In this document: positions 9,516 to 18,077 of the stretch, piece by piece
Layout: each line of letters opens with the position of its first letter
How positions within the stretch are numbered: the first letter of the stretch is position 1
NCBI GenBank assembly: GCA_035535675.1
Contig: DATLPO010000117.1
Location: 42,552 to 106,551, forward strand
Direction: 5' to 3'
DNA length: 64,000 nucleotides
From: Candidatus Limnocylindria bacterium
Lineage (GTDB): Bacteria > Chloroflexota > Dormibacteria > Dormibacterales > Dormibacteraceae
The notes under the pieces: generated by a model
Databases searched by the model: none
What the model saw: the letters and a program-made list of their open reading frames with translations, nothing else
Told to the model about the DNA's origin: nothing
Position numbers and translations under genes: made by a program

Positions 9516-12500
9516 TTGATGTCGCGGGCCCGGCCGGTCGCCTCAGTGGTCTTGCTTCTCCTCCTCCTGCTGACAACATCGGGACACGGAGCATTGGCCG
9601 ACGCACCCCCGTGCAGCACGACCACCACCGCGACGTACAGCCTTCAGGTGTGCCTGACCAAGCCCACGCCTGACTCGACCGTGAGCGGAGGGGTCGGCGT
9701 TTCGGCTACGGCCGCGATCCTCAGCGGCAGCCTGAGGGTAGTGCGGGTGGTCTTCACAGTTGACGCGGGCTACACCCTTACCGACTATCAAAGCCCGTAC
9801 TCCTTCGTGCTGCCCACTGCGCACTGGGTCGACGGACTGCACACGCTGTCCGTTTCAGCCGTGATGAGCGACACGACCAATACAAGTGCGGTGAGCGAGT
9901 CCCTCGCCTTCTCCAACGGGCTGAATGTGGTGCCACCCAACACGAACCCGCCCACCGTCACGACCGGCACAGCACCCGCACCAGGAGCAAACCTTGTGGT
10001 CGCGGCGGTCGGAGATGGCGCCGGCGGTGACCTCGCAGCCACCTCGGTGGTGAACATGATCACCTCGTGGTCGCCCAACCTCTTCCTCTACTTGGGCGAC
10101 GTCTACGAAAAGGGTTCCTATCCGGAGTTTGCAAACTGGTACGACGGCACTTTTGGGGTGCTCAGGCCCATCACGAACCCTGTCATCGGCAACCACGAGT
10201 ACGGAACCCGCAGAGCGGCTGGCTACTACGACTACTGGAACAATGAACCCAACTACTACAGCTTCGACGCGGGCGGCTGGCACTTCATTGCGCTCAACTC
10301 GACGTCCCAATATCAGGCCATCAACTGGAGCGGAGAGCTCGCCTGGCTCCAGAGCGACCTAGCTGCACACGCGGGTGCATGCACGGTTGCCTTCTGGCAC
10401 CATCCGCTCTACAACATCGGCCCCGAGCAGGCAACCGGCCGAGTACAGGACTTCTGGACCCCGCTGGCCAATGCCCGAGCCACCCTTGTGTTGAATGGTC
10501 ATGACCACGATTACCAGCGCTGGCAATCGCTGGACGCCGACGGCAACCCGTCGACCGGCGGCCTCACTGAGATCGTAGCTGGCACGGGCGGGCATTCGGG
10601 GCAATACATAGCCGGCAGCGATCCGCGGGTCGTCGCCTCAAAGAGCGCCGTTTTCGGCGCGCTCCAACTTCAGCTCTCGCCGACCGTGGCCCAATTCAAG
10701 TTCTTTACTGTCTCAGGCAGCACCTCGACACTCTTCGACTCCGGCAGCATCCCGTGCCGCGGCTACGGCGCGCTGGCGGGTACTGTCAATGACGCCTTGA
10801 CGGGCAATCCGGTCGCCGGCGCGACGATCTCGTATCAAGGCGCGAGCACCCTCACCAACAGCTCCGGCACCTACTCGCTGTTGAAGGCCCCACTTGGTAG
10901 TTACCAGTTGACAGTCGACGCACCGGGCTACAGCAGCCGAAGCCAGGCAGTGACTGTGAACCCCGCCGCAACAACCAACACGGTGTTCAACATGACACCC
11001 TTGCCCGGCACCCTGACCGGTGTTGTATCCGACGCCGGGACCGGCTTGCCCCTGGCTGAGGCCACGGTGTCGTACTCAGGCGGCCAGGCGGTGACCGACT
11101 CCGCAGGCGCCTACAGCCTCGGGGATATGGCTGAGGGTACCTACCTTGTCGGTGCCAGCGCCTCTGGATACGCGGCCACGACGCAGACGGTGACAATTGG
11201 TCCTGGCCAGGCAGCAGTTCAAAACTTCGTTCTCGCGCAGGCCGGCGTCGGAACCGTTGACGGGAAGGTGACGGATGCGGCAACCGGCTTGGCAGTCGCA
11301 GGCGTCAAGGTCAGCTATACGGGTGGCACCACGACCACTGACTCGGACGGGATGTACCACCTCACCTCGCTTCCGGACGGCAATACAACGCTTGCTGCCA
11401 CCAGCGCTGGGTACACAGATCAGACCGCGGTCGTGGTCATCACCGCCGGAAGCACAACCCAGCAAGACTTCGCCCTGGCCCCGCTCCCAGGCAGTATTGG
11501 AGGCGTGGTTACGGACTCGGTGACCGGCCGGCCGATAGCAGGTGCGCAGGTGACGTATTCGGACGGAGGCACCAGAACCAACGCGGCTGGGGCCTACTCG
11601 CTCACCGGAGTCACTGAAGGGACCTACGCGGTGAGCGTAAGCGCGGCCGGTTATGTGCCTCAGGTCAAGCCGGTGTCGGTTGGAGCGGGGGCGGACGTCG
11701 TTCAGGGCTTCGCGCTGGTGCCTGTTCCCGGAGCAGTGGCTGGCACCGTTGTCGACGTCGCCACTGGGATACCACTGGCTGGGGCTACCGTCTCGTACTC
11801 TGGCGGTCAAACAAGCACCGACGGATCGGGTCGATACTCGTTCCCGACGGTAATTGAGGGCAGTTATGAGTTCACGGCCAGTGCGGCTGGATATAGTCCC
11901 CAGGCGCAGACCGTGAGCGTCGGCCCGGGTGCAACGGTGAGCCTCAACCTGAGCCTTGTCAAACGCGTCTTCGCCGATGGCTTCGAGTCGGGCTCGATGT
12001 CTGCATGGACTACCAACCAGGGTCTCGTCGTCCAGAGCACCGCTGTGCACAGTGGGTCCCACGCTGCAGAGGCCAACTCCGCAGGCGCTGCGACCTATGC
12101 TCGTGACACGTTAGGTAGCACCTATTCGGGCCTTTATCTCCGCACGTATTTCCTAGTCAAGGCGCCACCGTCCAGCACCGTCAACCTGGTCGGCTACAGG
12201 ACCTCAACAGGCACCTCGCTCGCCAGGTTGTACGTCGACAGCCAGGGCCGCCTTGCCCTTCGCAACGACGTGGCGTCAACGAGCACGACAGGTCCTGCCC
12301 TGAGTGCAGGTTCGTGGCACAGCCTCGAATTTCACCTGATAGTCAACGGTGCCGCGAGTACGATCGAGGTCTGGCTGGACGGGAACCCTGTAAGCGCGCT
12401 CACGACTCAAACGGCCAGTCTGGGCGCAGCCTTGATCGGCCAGGTTCAGCTCGGCGAGAGCCAGATCGGACGCTCGTACGACATTGCCTTCGACGACCTG

Positions 12501-12530
12501 GTCGTTCAGACTGCTCGTGTCGGGCCCTGA
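9516..12530 (+). CDS. Large secreted multidomain protein: metallophosphoesterase + 5 tandem CarboxypepD_reg-like domains + C-terminal LamG/concanavalin-like domain
   Basis: It has a signal peptide. Metallophosphoesterase motifs are GDVYEKGS, GNHEY and GHDHDYQRW. Five roughly 80-aa repeats follow the pattern G.V.D..TG.P.AGA.VSY.GG...T...G.Y.L......Y...ASA.GY. The tail is FADGFESGSMSAWT...SWHSLEFHLIVNG. ATG 9519 is an alternative start. Confidence 0.8.
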   Translation: MMSRARPVASVVLLLLLLLTTSGHGALADAPPCSTTTTATYSLQVCLTKPTPDSTVSGGVGVSATAAILSGSLRVVRVVFTVDAGYTLTDYQSPYSFVLPTAHWVDGLHTLSVSAVMSDTTNTSAVSESLAFSNGLNVVPPNTNPPTVTTGTAPAPGANLVVAAVGDGAGGDLAATSVVNMITSWSPNLFLYLGDVYEKGSYPEFANWYDGTFGVLRPITNPVIGNHEYGTRRAAGYYDYWNNEPNYYSFDAGGWHFIALNSTSQYQAINWSGELAWLQSDLAAHAGACTVAFWHHPLYNIGPEQATGRVQDFWTPLANARATLVLNGHDHDYQRWQSLDADGNPSTGGLTEIVAGTGGHSGQYIAGSDPRVVASKSAVFGALQLQLSPTVAQFKFFTVSGSTSTLFDSGSIPCRGYGALAGTVNDALTGNPVAGATISYQGASTLTNSSGTYSLLKAPLGSYQLTVDAPGYSSRSQAVTVNPAATTNTVFNMTPLPGTLTGVVSDAGTGLPLAEATVSYSGGQAVTDSAGAYSLGDMAEGTYLVGASASGYAATTQTVTIGPGQAAVQNFVLAQAGVGTVDGKVTDAATGLAVAGVKVSYTGGTTTTDSDGMYHLTSLPDGNTTLAATSAGYTDQTAVVVITAGSTTQQDFALAPLPGSIGGVVTDSVTGRPIAGAQVTYSDGGTRTNAAGAYSLTGVTEGTYAVSVSAAGYVPQVKPVSVGAGADVVQGFALVPVPGAVAGTVVDVATGIPLAGATVSYSGGQTSTDGSGRYSFPTVIEGSYEFTASAAGYSPQAQTVSVGPGATVSLNLSLVKRVFADGFESGSMSAWTTNQGLVVQSTAVHSGSHAAEANSAGAATYARDTLGSTYSGLYLRTYFLVKAPPSSTVNLVGYRTSTGTSLARLYVDSQGRLALRNDVASTSTTGPALSAGSWHSLEFHLIVNGAASTIEVWLDGNPVSALTTQTASLGAALIGQVQLGESQIGRSYDIAFDDLVVQTARVGP
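10767..11960 (+). repeat. Five in-frame tandem coding repeats, period about 237-243 nt (80 aa)
   Basis: Repeat units begin near nt 10767, 10998, 11235, 11478 and 11718. They are diverged at the DNA level, so these are coding domain repeats and not a CRISPR or satellite array. Confidence 0.8.
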
Positions 12531-12915
12531 CCCGCTCGAGCGTCCCGCTACGGGCGGAATGGTGCTGATCAAGGCACTCGTGCCGGAGGTCCTATTAGAG
12601 GAGTACGCCGGGCCCTCGAGCTCGTAAAGGGCGCCCGTCGGCGAGCACGCTCAACCGCCTCGATTGCCTGTTCGAACTGCGGCGAGCCGGCAATCGAGGG
12701 ACTTGGCGATCCAGACGTCGAGAGGGTCTGCGTGGCGTGCGCTGTCATGCTGCAGGTCCGCTGCACCGATGGGGACGAGGCAGCCTGCGCACGCCTCGAA
12801 GCGCTTAACGCTGCTGCCAGGCGATCTCAACCCGACCGAGCGTGCTGAATCAACGGACATTAACCGGCGCTTTGTTGAGCCTGCGCGGCCAGTGTTGCGC
12901 TCGCCGGCATCACGA

Positions 12916-12955
12916 GCGGGACAAGCGGGATATTTATCCCATGTGGCGGGACTTC
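12916..12955. repeat. Copy A of a 40-nt intergenic unit: GCGGGAC-AA-GCGGGAT-ATTT-ATCCC-N5-GCGGGAC
   Basis: The sequence is gcgggacaagcgggatatttatcccatgtggcgggacttc. It contains the palindrome/hairpin GGGATATTTATCCC at 12927-12940. Confidence 0.6.
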
Positions 12956-13110
12956 AACATGGCACCTCAAGGACGTTGTCTTGCACTCATCGTGCCGATC
13001 AGCGTTTCACCTAAGGACGGGCTCACTGTCAGACACGAGTCCAGGTCTGGCCTGAGATGTGGACGGCGGTCGCCGCGGGCTCAGCCTAGTCTGCACCGCG
13101 GGTGGAACGC

Positions 13111-13150
13111 GCCGGGAATGCGGGACATTTGTCCCGGTTTGCGGGACTTT
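13111..13150. repeat. Copy B of the 40-nt intergenic unit
   Basis: The sequence is gccgggaatgcgggacatttgtcccggtttgcgggacttt, identical to copy A at 29 of 40 positions. Its hairpin GGGACATTTGTCCC (13122-13135) differs from copy A by a compensatory T-A to C-G pair. Confidence 0.6.
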
Positions 13151-13386
13151 GCCGTTCCGACTTGGTGGGCGCACGCGGAATTCGCTTGCAGACTTGTGCG
13201 CAAGACTGCCGTACCCCTCCGAGAAACCAAGGTCAGCGCTAATACTTTTACAAGCTACTGCGAATTAAATAGATATAGAATTGCAATTGCCCCTCGGGAA
13301 ATCCGGAGCCCCACGGGAAACCGCGACCTCGAGACTGGATTCATGGAGGTGGCGTGCGTCGGTTGTTGGCTGTGTCTCGTATTTAG

Positions 13387-13400
13387 TTATTAAGTAATAA
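13387..13400. promoter_or_regulatory. AT-only inverted repeat TTATTA-AG-TAATAA about 16 nt upstream of the histidine-kinase start
   Basis: It is a perfect 6-2-6 inverted repeat in an otherwise GC-rich genome. It lies next to a purine-rich AAGAGGGGAG Shine-Dalgarno-like stretch, and the surrounding ~20 nt (about 13384-13403) carries stop codons in all three plus-strand frames (TAG 13384; TAA 13391, 13395 and 13398; TAA 13399). Confidence 0.35.
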
Positions 13401-13416
13401 GAGGGGAGCAAGAGGG

Positions 13417-14133
13417 TTGGGCGAACAAGCCGGGTTAACGCGCGCCATTGAACACGTCCGGCCCGACACCGCCGTGATTCTCAAGCTCGATAGGGGCGAC
13501 CTTAAGGATCCCCGTGGGGATGTCCGGGACGACATGGCACGGGAGCTACACGACCAGGTCTTACAGACGTTGTACGCGATGAAGGTAGAGCTCGAAAACT
13601 TCCGTTCCAGCCAATATGGCCGGGAGACGGTCCTCAGGGAGGTCGACCTGCTCGAAAAGCTGACGCTGGAGGTACTGAGCAACTTGCGGCAACTCGTGCG
13701 CGACCTCCGTGACGATCCCGCTTTGCAAGACGGGCTCATTTCAGGAATCCGAAATCACCTGATACCGCGCTTCCAACGGCTGAGCGGTCAGGCGGTCGAC
13801 CTTCGAGTCTCCAGGTCATGGCCCGCCCGCATGAACGAGCAAGCTGACGTCAACGTTTACAGGATCATCCAGGAAGCGCTGAACAACACATGGCGCCACG
13901 CGCGAGGACGTTCAGTAACTATCAATTTGGAGCTCACTGGGCCCAGGGCGGTCGTCTGGGTGGGCGACCTCGGGGACCCGTTGGCCGACTCGACGACGTC
14001 ACGGGTACACGGCAACGGGGTACTTGGAATGCGAGAGCGAGCGGCCCTGCTGGGCGGCCGCCTGACGATGAACGCCGGCCAGGCCGGAACCATGGTGCGT
14101 GCAAGCTTCCCACTGGCGAACCTGTTGCCTTGA
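13417..14133 (+). CDS. NarL-class sensor histidine kinase core (HisKA_3 + HATPase_c) with no sensor or TM domain
   Basis: The H-box is ARELHDQVLQTLYAM, the N-box is RIIQEALNNTWRHA and the G-box is GNGVLGMRERAALLGGRL. Only about 40 residues precede the H-box. The start is TTG 13417. Confidence 0.8.
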   Translation: MGEQAGLTRAIEHVRPDTAVILKLDRGDLKDPRGDVRDDMARELHDQVLQTLYAMKVELENFRSSQYGRETVLREVDLLEKLTLEVLSNLRQLVRDLRDDPALQDGLISGIRNHLIPRFQRLSGQAVDLRVSRSWPARMNEQADVNVYRIIQEALNNTWRHARGRSVTINLELTGPRAVVWVGDLGDPLADSTTSRVHGNGVLGMRERAALLGGRLTMNAGQAGTMVRASFPLANLLP

Positions 14134-14777
14134 CGGAAAACAACGTGGCATCCGTCCTGATCGCAGACGACCAGAACCTTTTCAGGTCAGGCTTGGCCGC
14201 CCTCTTGGACAAGGATCCCCGGGTGACTGTGGTTGGTCAGGCCGCCAACGGCGAGGAAGCTGTCCGCATGGTCGATGAACTGAAACCCAACCTCGTCTTG
14301 ATGGACCTCAAGATGCCGGTGATGGAGGGAGTCGAGGCCACCCGGCTGATCCGTGAACAGCATCCCGAGATCGCGGTCCTCATTCTCAGCAGCTTCGGCG
14401 GCGACAGTCATCTTGTCGAGGCGCTGGAAGCGGGAGCGAGTGGCTACGTGCTGAAAGACACGAATGTGGCAACCATCGTCAACAGCATGCTTGCCATAAG
14501 TGGCGGCGCTACTGTCATCTCGGGCGCAATTGCGGACCGGCTGCTCGGGATGCTTTCCACTAAACCGAAGGAATCGTTCGACGGCCTCACTCCTCGCGAG
14601 GTCGAGATCCTCAAGCTTGTGGCGATTGGCCTGGCCAACAAGCAAATCGCCTATCGACTGAAGGTCAGCGAGAAGACGGTACGCAACCACATCAGCAACG
14701 TGTACGAGAAGCTCGGCATCCAGGGCCGCTCGCACGCGGTGATCTACGCCGCGCGAAAGGGACTTATCGAGCTTTAG
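14130..14777 (+). CDS. NarL/LuxR-family response regulator
   Basis: The receiver domain is VLIADDQNLFRSGLAALL..LVLMDLKMPVMEG. The LuxR HTH is LTPREVEILKLVAIGLANKQIAYRLKVSEKTVRNHISNVYEKLG. TTG 14130 overlaps the kinase stop (TTGA). GTG 14145 is an alternative start. Confidence 0.85.
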   Translation: MTENNVASVLIADDQNLFRSGLAALLDKDPRVTVVGQAANGEEAVRMVDELKPNLVLMDLKMPVMEGVEATRLIREQHPEIAVLILSSFGGDSHLVEALEAGASGYVLKDTNVATIVNSMLAISGGATVISGAIADRLLGMLSTKPKESFDGLTPREVEILKLVAIGLANKQIAYRLKVSEKTVRNHISNVYEKLGIQGRSHAVIYAARKGLIEL

Positions 14778-14816
14778 CTGGGTCCCGGCCCGGGGATGAC
14801 TTTCGCCGGGTGGTTT

Positions 14817-15857
14817 CTAGCTGCCTCGAGTGCGATCGGGCGCCGGGGCTCCTCCTGACGGGGATCGCGACCAGATCGTCCCTCCGATCCTGACGTTCCG
14901 AAACACTTCTTCGCTGACCAGGAAGCCGCCAAAGATCAGCAGCACTCCGAGCAGCTCGCCGAGGAAGAAGGACCATGTCACGCCAAAGCGGTTGAGGCCG
15001 CTCGTCACTCCAGGAATGAACGCGCCCACCGCGATCAACAGGGTCGCGGGCACGCGCGAGTTGAGCTTGCCGTTCAACAGCGCTTTCGTGGCGGCGGGCA
15101 ACGACACAACAAAGTTCACTGCCACCGCGGCGGCGCCGTAAAGCTGAGCGAGAACTGGAACATTCACCTTGGCTCGCAGCAACTTTCGCTTGGGCATGTA
15201 GACATATGCGGAGAAGATCGCGCCGAAGACCAGGCAGAGGGCGCCAGCGACGTTGAACGCGGGCGTCAGCACTCGTACGTACCCGGGGAACGCCGAGCCG
15301 ACGGGGACATGAGTATTTGGGTCGACGACCCAGCCCGGAGCATCGAGTCCAGCGGTGAGGATCAGGTAGGCACCGATAACCGAGCCGGCGATCAGCACGC
15401 CCATCGCGATGTGTGCGGCCAGTCGGCGGTGCACCGCCGTCGCGGTTATCACGGCGATGGCTCCAAGCACCGCGACTGAGCCGGTCGCGATACCCGCGGT
15501 TGTGGACCCGGGGTACTTGGCTGTCGCGGCCAGTGACAGCGCCCCGCCGATCAGGAAAGTCACTCCGACGAAATAGCCGAACCGCGTCTTCGAAAGCAGG
15601 TAGACGGTGCCCGCGCCGAGGTATGCGGCAACGAAGAGAGCTCCAATCAGGTACCACGTGCGGTAGAGCGGCTCGCTCCAACCGAATGCGCTGCCCACGA
15701 ACTCGCAGCCGGCGCCGATGCCGTACCAGATCAGGCCGATCGCCCACACCAGCTGGAAGGCGTGGCGGCGCTGCCACCACTGGTCGAACACCATCGCGGC
15801 GAAGGCAAGGCTCAGCACAGTCGAGCCCAGTGGCAGCGCGATATTGAGCGCGCTCAT
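14817..15857 (-). CDS. Polytopic membrane protein (about 10 TM), unknown function
   Basis: It is almost entirely hydrophobic helices. I chose ATG 15857 because it forms an ATGA overlap with the upstream HTH gene's stop. Confidence 0.6.
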   Translation of the reverse strand: MSALNIALPLGSTVLSLAFAAMVFDQWWQRRHAFQLVWAIGLIWYGIGAGCEFVGSAFGWSEPLYRTWYLIGALFVAAYLGAGTVYLLSKTRFGYFVGVTFLIGGALSLAATAKYPGSTTAGIATGSVAVLGAIAVITATAVHRRLAAHIAMGVLIAGSVIGAYLILTAGLDAPGWVVDPNTHVPVGSAFPGYVRVLTPAFNVAGALCLVFGAIFSAYVYMPKRKLLRAKVNVPVLAQLYGAAAVAVNFVVSLPAATKALLNGKLNSRVPATLLIAVGAFIPGVTSGLNRFGVTWSFFLGELLGVLLIFGGFLVSEEVFRNVRIGGTIWSRSPSGGAPAPDRTRGS

Positions 15858-16462
15858 TTCACCGCCCCTGTGTACGACTCCACCATCGCCACGCGAACCT
15901 CGTTTAGGAACCACGCGACGTGGCGCTCGAAATCCGCCATCCCGCCGGCCTGCACCGCCGACAGCTGCTTCATGCTCGAATGGACGAGGCCTTCGAAGAG
16001 ATGGAAGGCGCGCATCGCGTCACCCAGCGATAGGTTGACGTCGTGCGCGAGCCTCGCGTACCGCTCGCCCAAAGCTCCGACCTCGCTTTTCCACTCCCTG
16101 TCGGTGTCGCCCAGATATGCGACAAGCAGGCGCATCAAGTCGTGCCCCAGCTCTCGCTGCCGCTCTTTGGCGGCTTCATCGAATCGCGAGTACCAGGACT
16201 CCGTTGCGAGTTGGCCGGCAGTGGTGGCGAGACGGGCCTGGCCGACGAGCGCGCTCATGAAGAGCGCCAGCTCGGGCGCCGCATCAGCCGCTAGCGCGTC
16301 GACATCCTCCACGCTGAAGCGCCGATGTCCGCCTGGCGTGCGAAAGGTCCGAATCCTTCCTCGATCCGCCCACTCCCTCAGGGTCGTGGGGTGGACCTTG
16401 AGCCGCTTGGACGCCTCGGTGAGGCTTAGCCAGCTCGCGGTCAAGGGAGCAGGACTGGACAC
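15854..16462 (-). CDS. MerR/excisionase-type HTH regulator with helical C-terminal domain
   Basis: WLSLTEASKRLKVHPTTLREWADRGRIRTFRTPGGHRRFSVEDV is a MerR-superfamily (excisionase-like) HTH. The start is GTG 16462. Confidence 0.65.
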   Translation of the reverse strand: MSSPAPLTASWLSLTEASKRLKVHPTTLREWADRGRIRTFRTPGGHRRFSVEDVDALAADAAPELALFMSALVGQARLATTAGQLATESWYSRFDEAAKERQRELGHDLMRLLVAYLGDTDREWKSEVGALGERYARLAHDVNLSLGDAMRAFHLFEGLVHSSMKQLSAVQAGGMADFERHVAWFLNEVRVAMVESYTGAVK

Positions 16463-16571
16463 CGCAGTAGCTTAGGGAATCTATGGCGTCGCTCGCAAGT
16501 TCCTCCGGTTTCTATAGGTTTGCTCGCCGGTCCGCAGCTTCTCGAGCTGCAGCGCCCGGATCTCGTCGCTG

Positions 16572-17903
16572 TTAGTTGGCGACTGCCCGGTCGCCGATCC
16601 CAAGCGCTCCATCGAGGATCTCGAAGCCCTCGTCAAGCTCCGCCTCGGTGATGCAAAGAGGCGGGTTGGTCATGATCGTGTTCCAACGAATAAAGGTGTG
16701 CATGCCTGCATCCAGCAGCGCCTGACCAATCGCCTTCATCTCCTGCGACGTCCCATTGAAGGGCGCCATCGGCTCAAGTGTCTTTCGATCTCTCACCAGC
16801 TCCAATGCCCCGAACAGACCGATCGAACGCACAGCGCCCACGCAGGGGTGGCGCTCCTGGAGGCGGCGGTGATGCTTGGCAAGGACTTCGCCCATGCGCT
16901 GCGAGTTCCCGACCATGTCGTCCTCCTCGTAAGCCTGGATCGCGCCCAGCGCCGCGGCGCACCCGAGCGGGTGGCTGTTGTAGGTCAGCCCTCCGTAGAA
17001 CACGTGATCGTCGTAATAAGCAGCCACCTTCGGGCGCATGCCAACGGCGCCCAGCGGTACGTAGCTGCTGGTGAGTCCCTTTGCCAGGGTGATCAGGTCG
17101 GGCACCACATTCCAGTGGTCGACGCCGAACCACTTGCCGGTCCGTCCGAAGCCCGTCATGACCTCGTCGCAGATGAGAAGGATGCCGTGACGGTCGCAGA
17201 TGTCGCGGACTCCCTGGAGGTAGCCGTCGGGTGGAATCAGAATCCCGTTGGTGCCGGTGATCGGCTCGATGATGAAAGCAGCGATGGTTCCCGGACCTTC
17301 GAGCTGAATCGTTTCCTCGAGCATCGCGAGCGCCACCTCGGCGCTGTCGGTGCCGCGCTGGACGCCGTGGTACGGATCGAGAACGTGAACGACGCCCGTC
17401 GCGTGCTCGTTAGGCCAACGCCGCGGGTCTCCGGTGGCCTGGACAGCAGTGCCGGTCGCGCCGTGGTACGACCGGTAGCGGGCGAGGATCTTCGAGCGGC
17501 CGGTGACGGTCCTGGCGATCTTGATCGCGTTCTCGTTCGCGTCGTTGCCCCCGAGAGTGAACAGCACCTTGTCGATATCACCCGGCAGGAGCTCCGCAAG
17601 CTTGCGTCCGAGCCGTGCCCGGACCTCGGTCGCCATGAACGGGCTGATGTAGGGGAGCAGCTCCGCCTGGCGCTTGATTGCGTCGATGATCCGCCGGTCG
17701 CCGTGGCCTGCGTTGACGCACATGAGCTGGCTGTTGAAGTCGATGAAGCGGCGGCCGTCGACTGTCTGGAAGTGGACTCCCTTGGCGCTTGCGACGGCAA
17801 GCGGCTTCAGTCCCGCCTGTGTGGACCAGTCATAAAGCGTGTGGCGGAGACAGAGCTCTGAGATCTCTTCCGCGCTGAGGGCCTTGACGGCCTCCACAAC
17901 CAT
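16572..17903 (-). CDS. Class-III (omega) aminotransferase
   Basis: Class-III PLP fold motifs are present: FNSQLMCVNAGHGD, YHGAT, LICDEVMTGFGRTGKWF and TLAKGLTSSYVPLGA (PLP lysine). Confidence 0.85.
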   Translation of the reverse strand: MVVEAVKALSAEEISELCLRHTLYDWSTQAGLKPLAVASAKGVHFQTVDGRRFIDFNSQLMCVNAGHGDRRIIDAIKRQAELLPYISPFMATEVRARLGRKLAELLPGDIDKVLFTLGGNDANENAIKIARTVTGRSKILARYRSYHGATGTAVQATGDPRRWPNEHATGVVHVLDPYHGVQRGTDSAEVALAMLEETIQLEGPGTIAAFIIEPITGTNGILIPPDGYLQGVRDICDRHGILLICDEVMTGFGRTGKWFGVDHWNVVPDLITLAKGLTSSYVPLGAVGMRPKVAAYYDDHVFYGGLTYNSHPLGCAAALGAIQAYEEDDMVGNSQRMGEVLAKHHRRLQERHPCVGAVRSIGLFGALELVRDRKTLEPMAPFNGTSQEMKAIGQALLDAGMHTFIRWNTIMTNPPLCITEAELDEGFEILDGALGIGDRAVAN

Positions 17904-18077
17904 GCGGAAATCGTACGCGTGCCGTGTGTGGTGGGCTCCCTACACCCGTGTTTGAATTCACGAGGCGGCGCAATTGGATCGCGGACCCTCTGGTTCGCGG
18001 CCAAATGTGCCCCAAAGGCGCTAGCGCTGGCACCGGATACGACCATTCGTGCCCAAATGGCCCGATCGCCGGGTCAG

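Noticed and set aside
10767-11960. Possible CRISPR or satellite array suggested by regular ~240-nt periodicity.
   Set aside because: The period is far too long, the units are diverged, and they are in frame within a protein with clear domain repeats. No short identical direct repeats with unique spacers occur anywhere in the window.
12569-13393. ORFs inside the long intergenic gap: 12569..12766(-), 12651..12860(-), 12664..13014(+), 12842..13393(+) and 13059..13268(+).
   Set aside because: They have no Shine-Dalgarno or start context and no recognisable motifs. They overlap each other in several frames, and the compositions look non-protein (Cys/Arg-rich). The 12842..13393 frame simply reads through the two DNA repeat units (RDIYPMWRDF / RDICPGLRDF). 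A decayed gene cannot be excluded without a translated search.
17981-18026. Hairpin CGCGGACC-CTCT-GGTTCGCG (17981-18000) and 10-bp palindrome GCGCTAGCGC (18019-18028) in the gap between the CN-hydrolase and the omega-aminotransferase.
   Set aside because: The hairpin has an A-C mismatch on the transcribed (minus) strand and no U-tract. Short GC palindromes are common at this GC content. I note them only as possible terminator or operator candidates.
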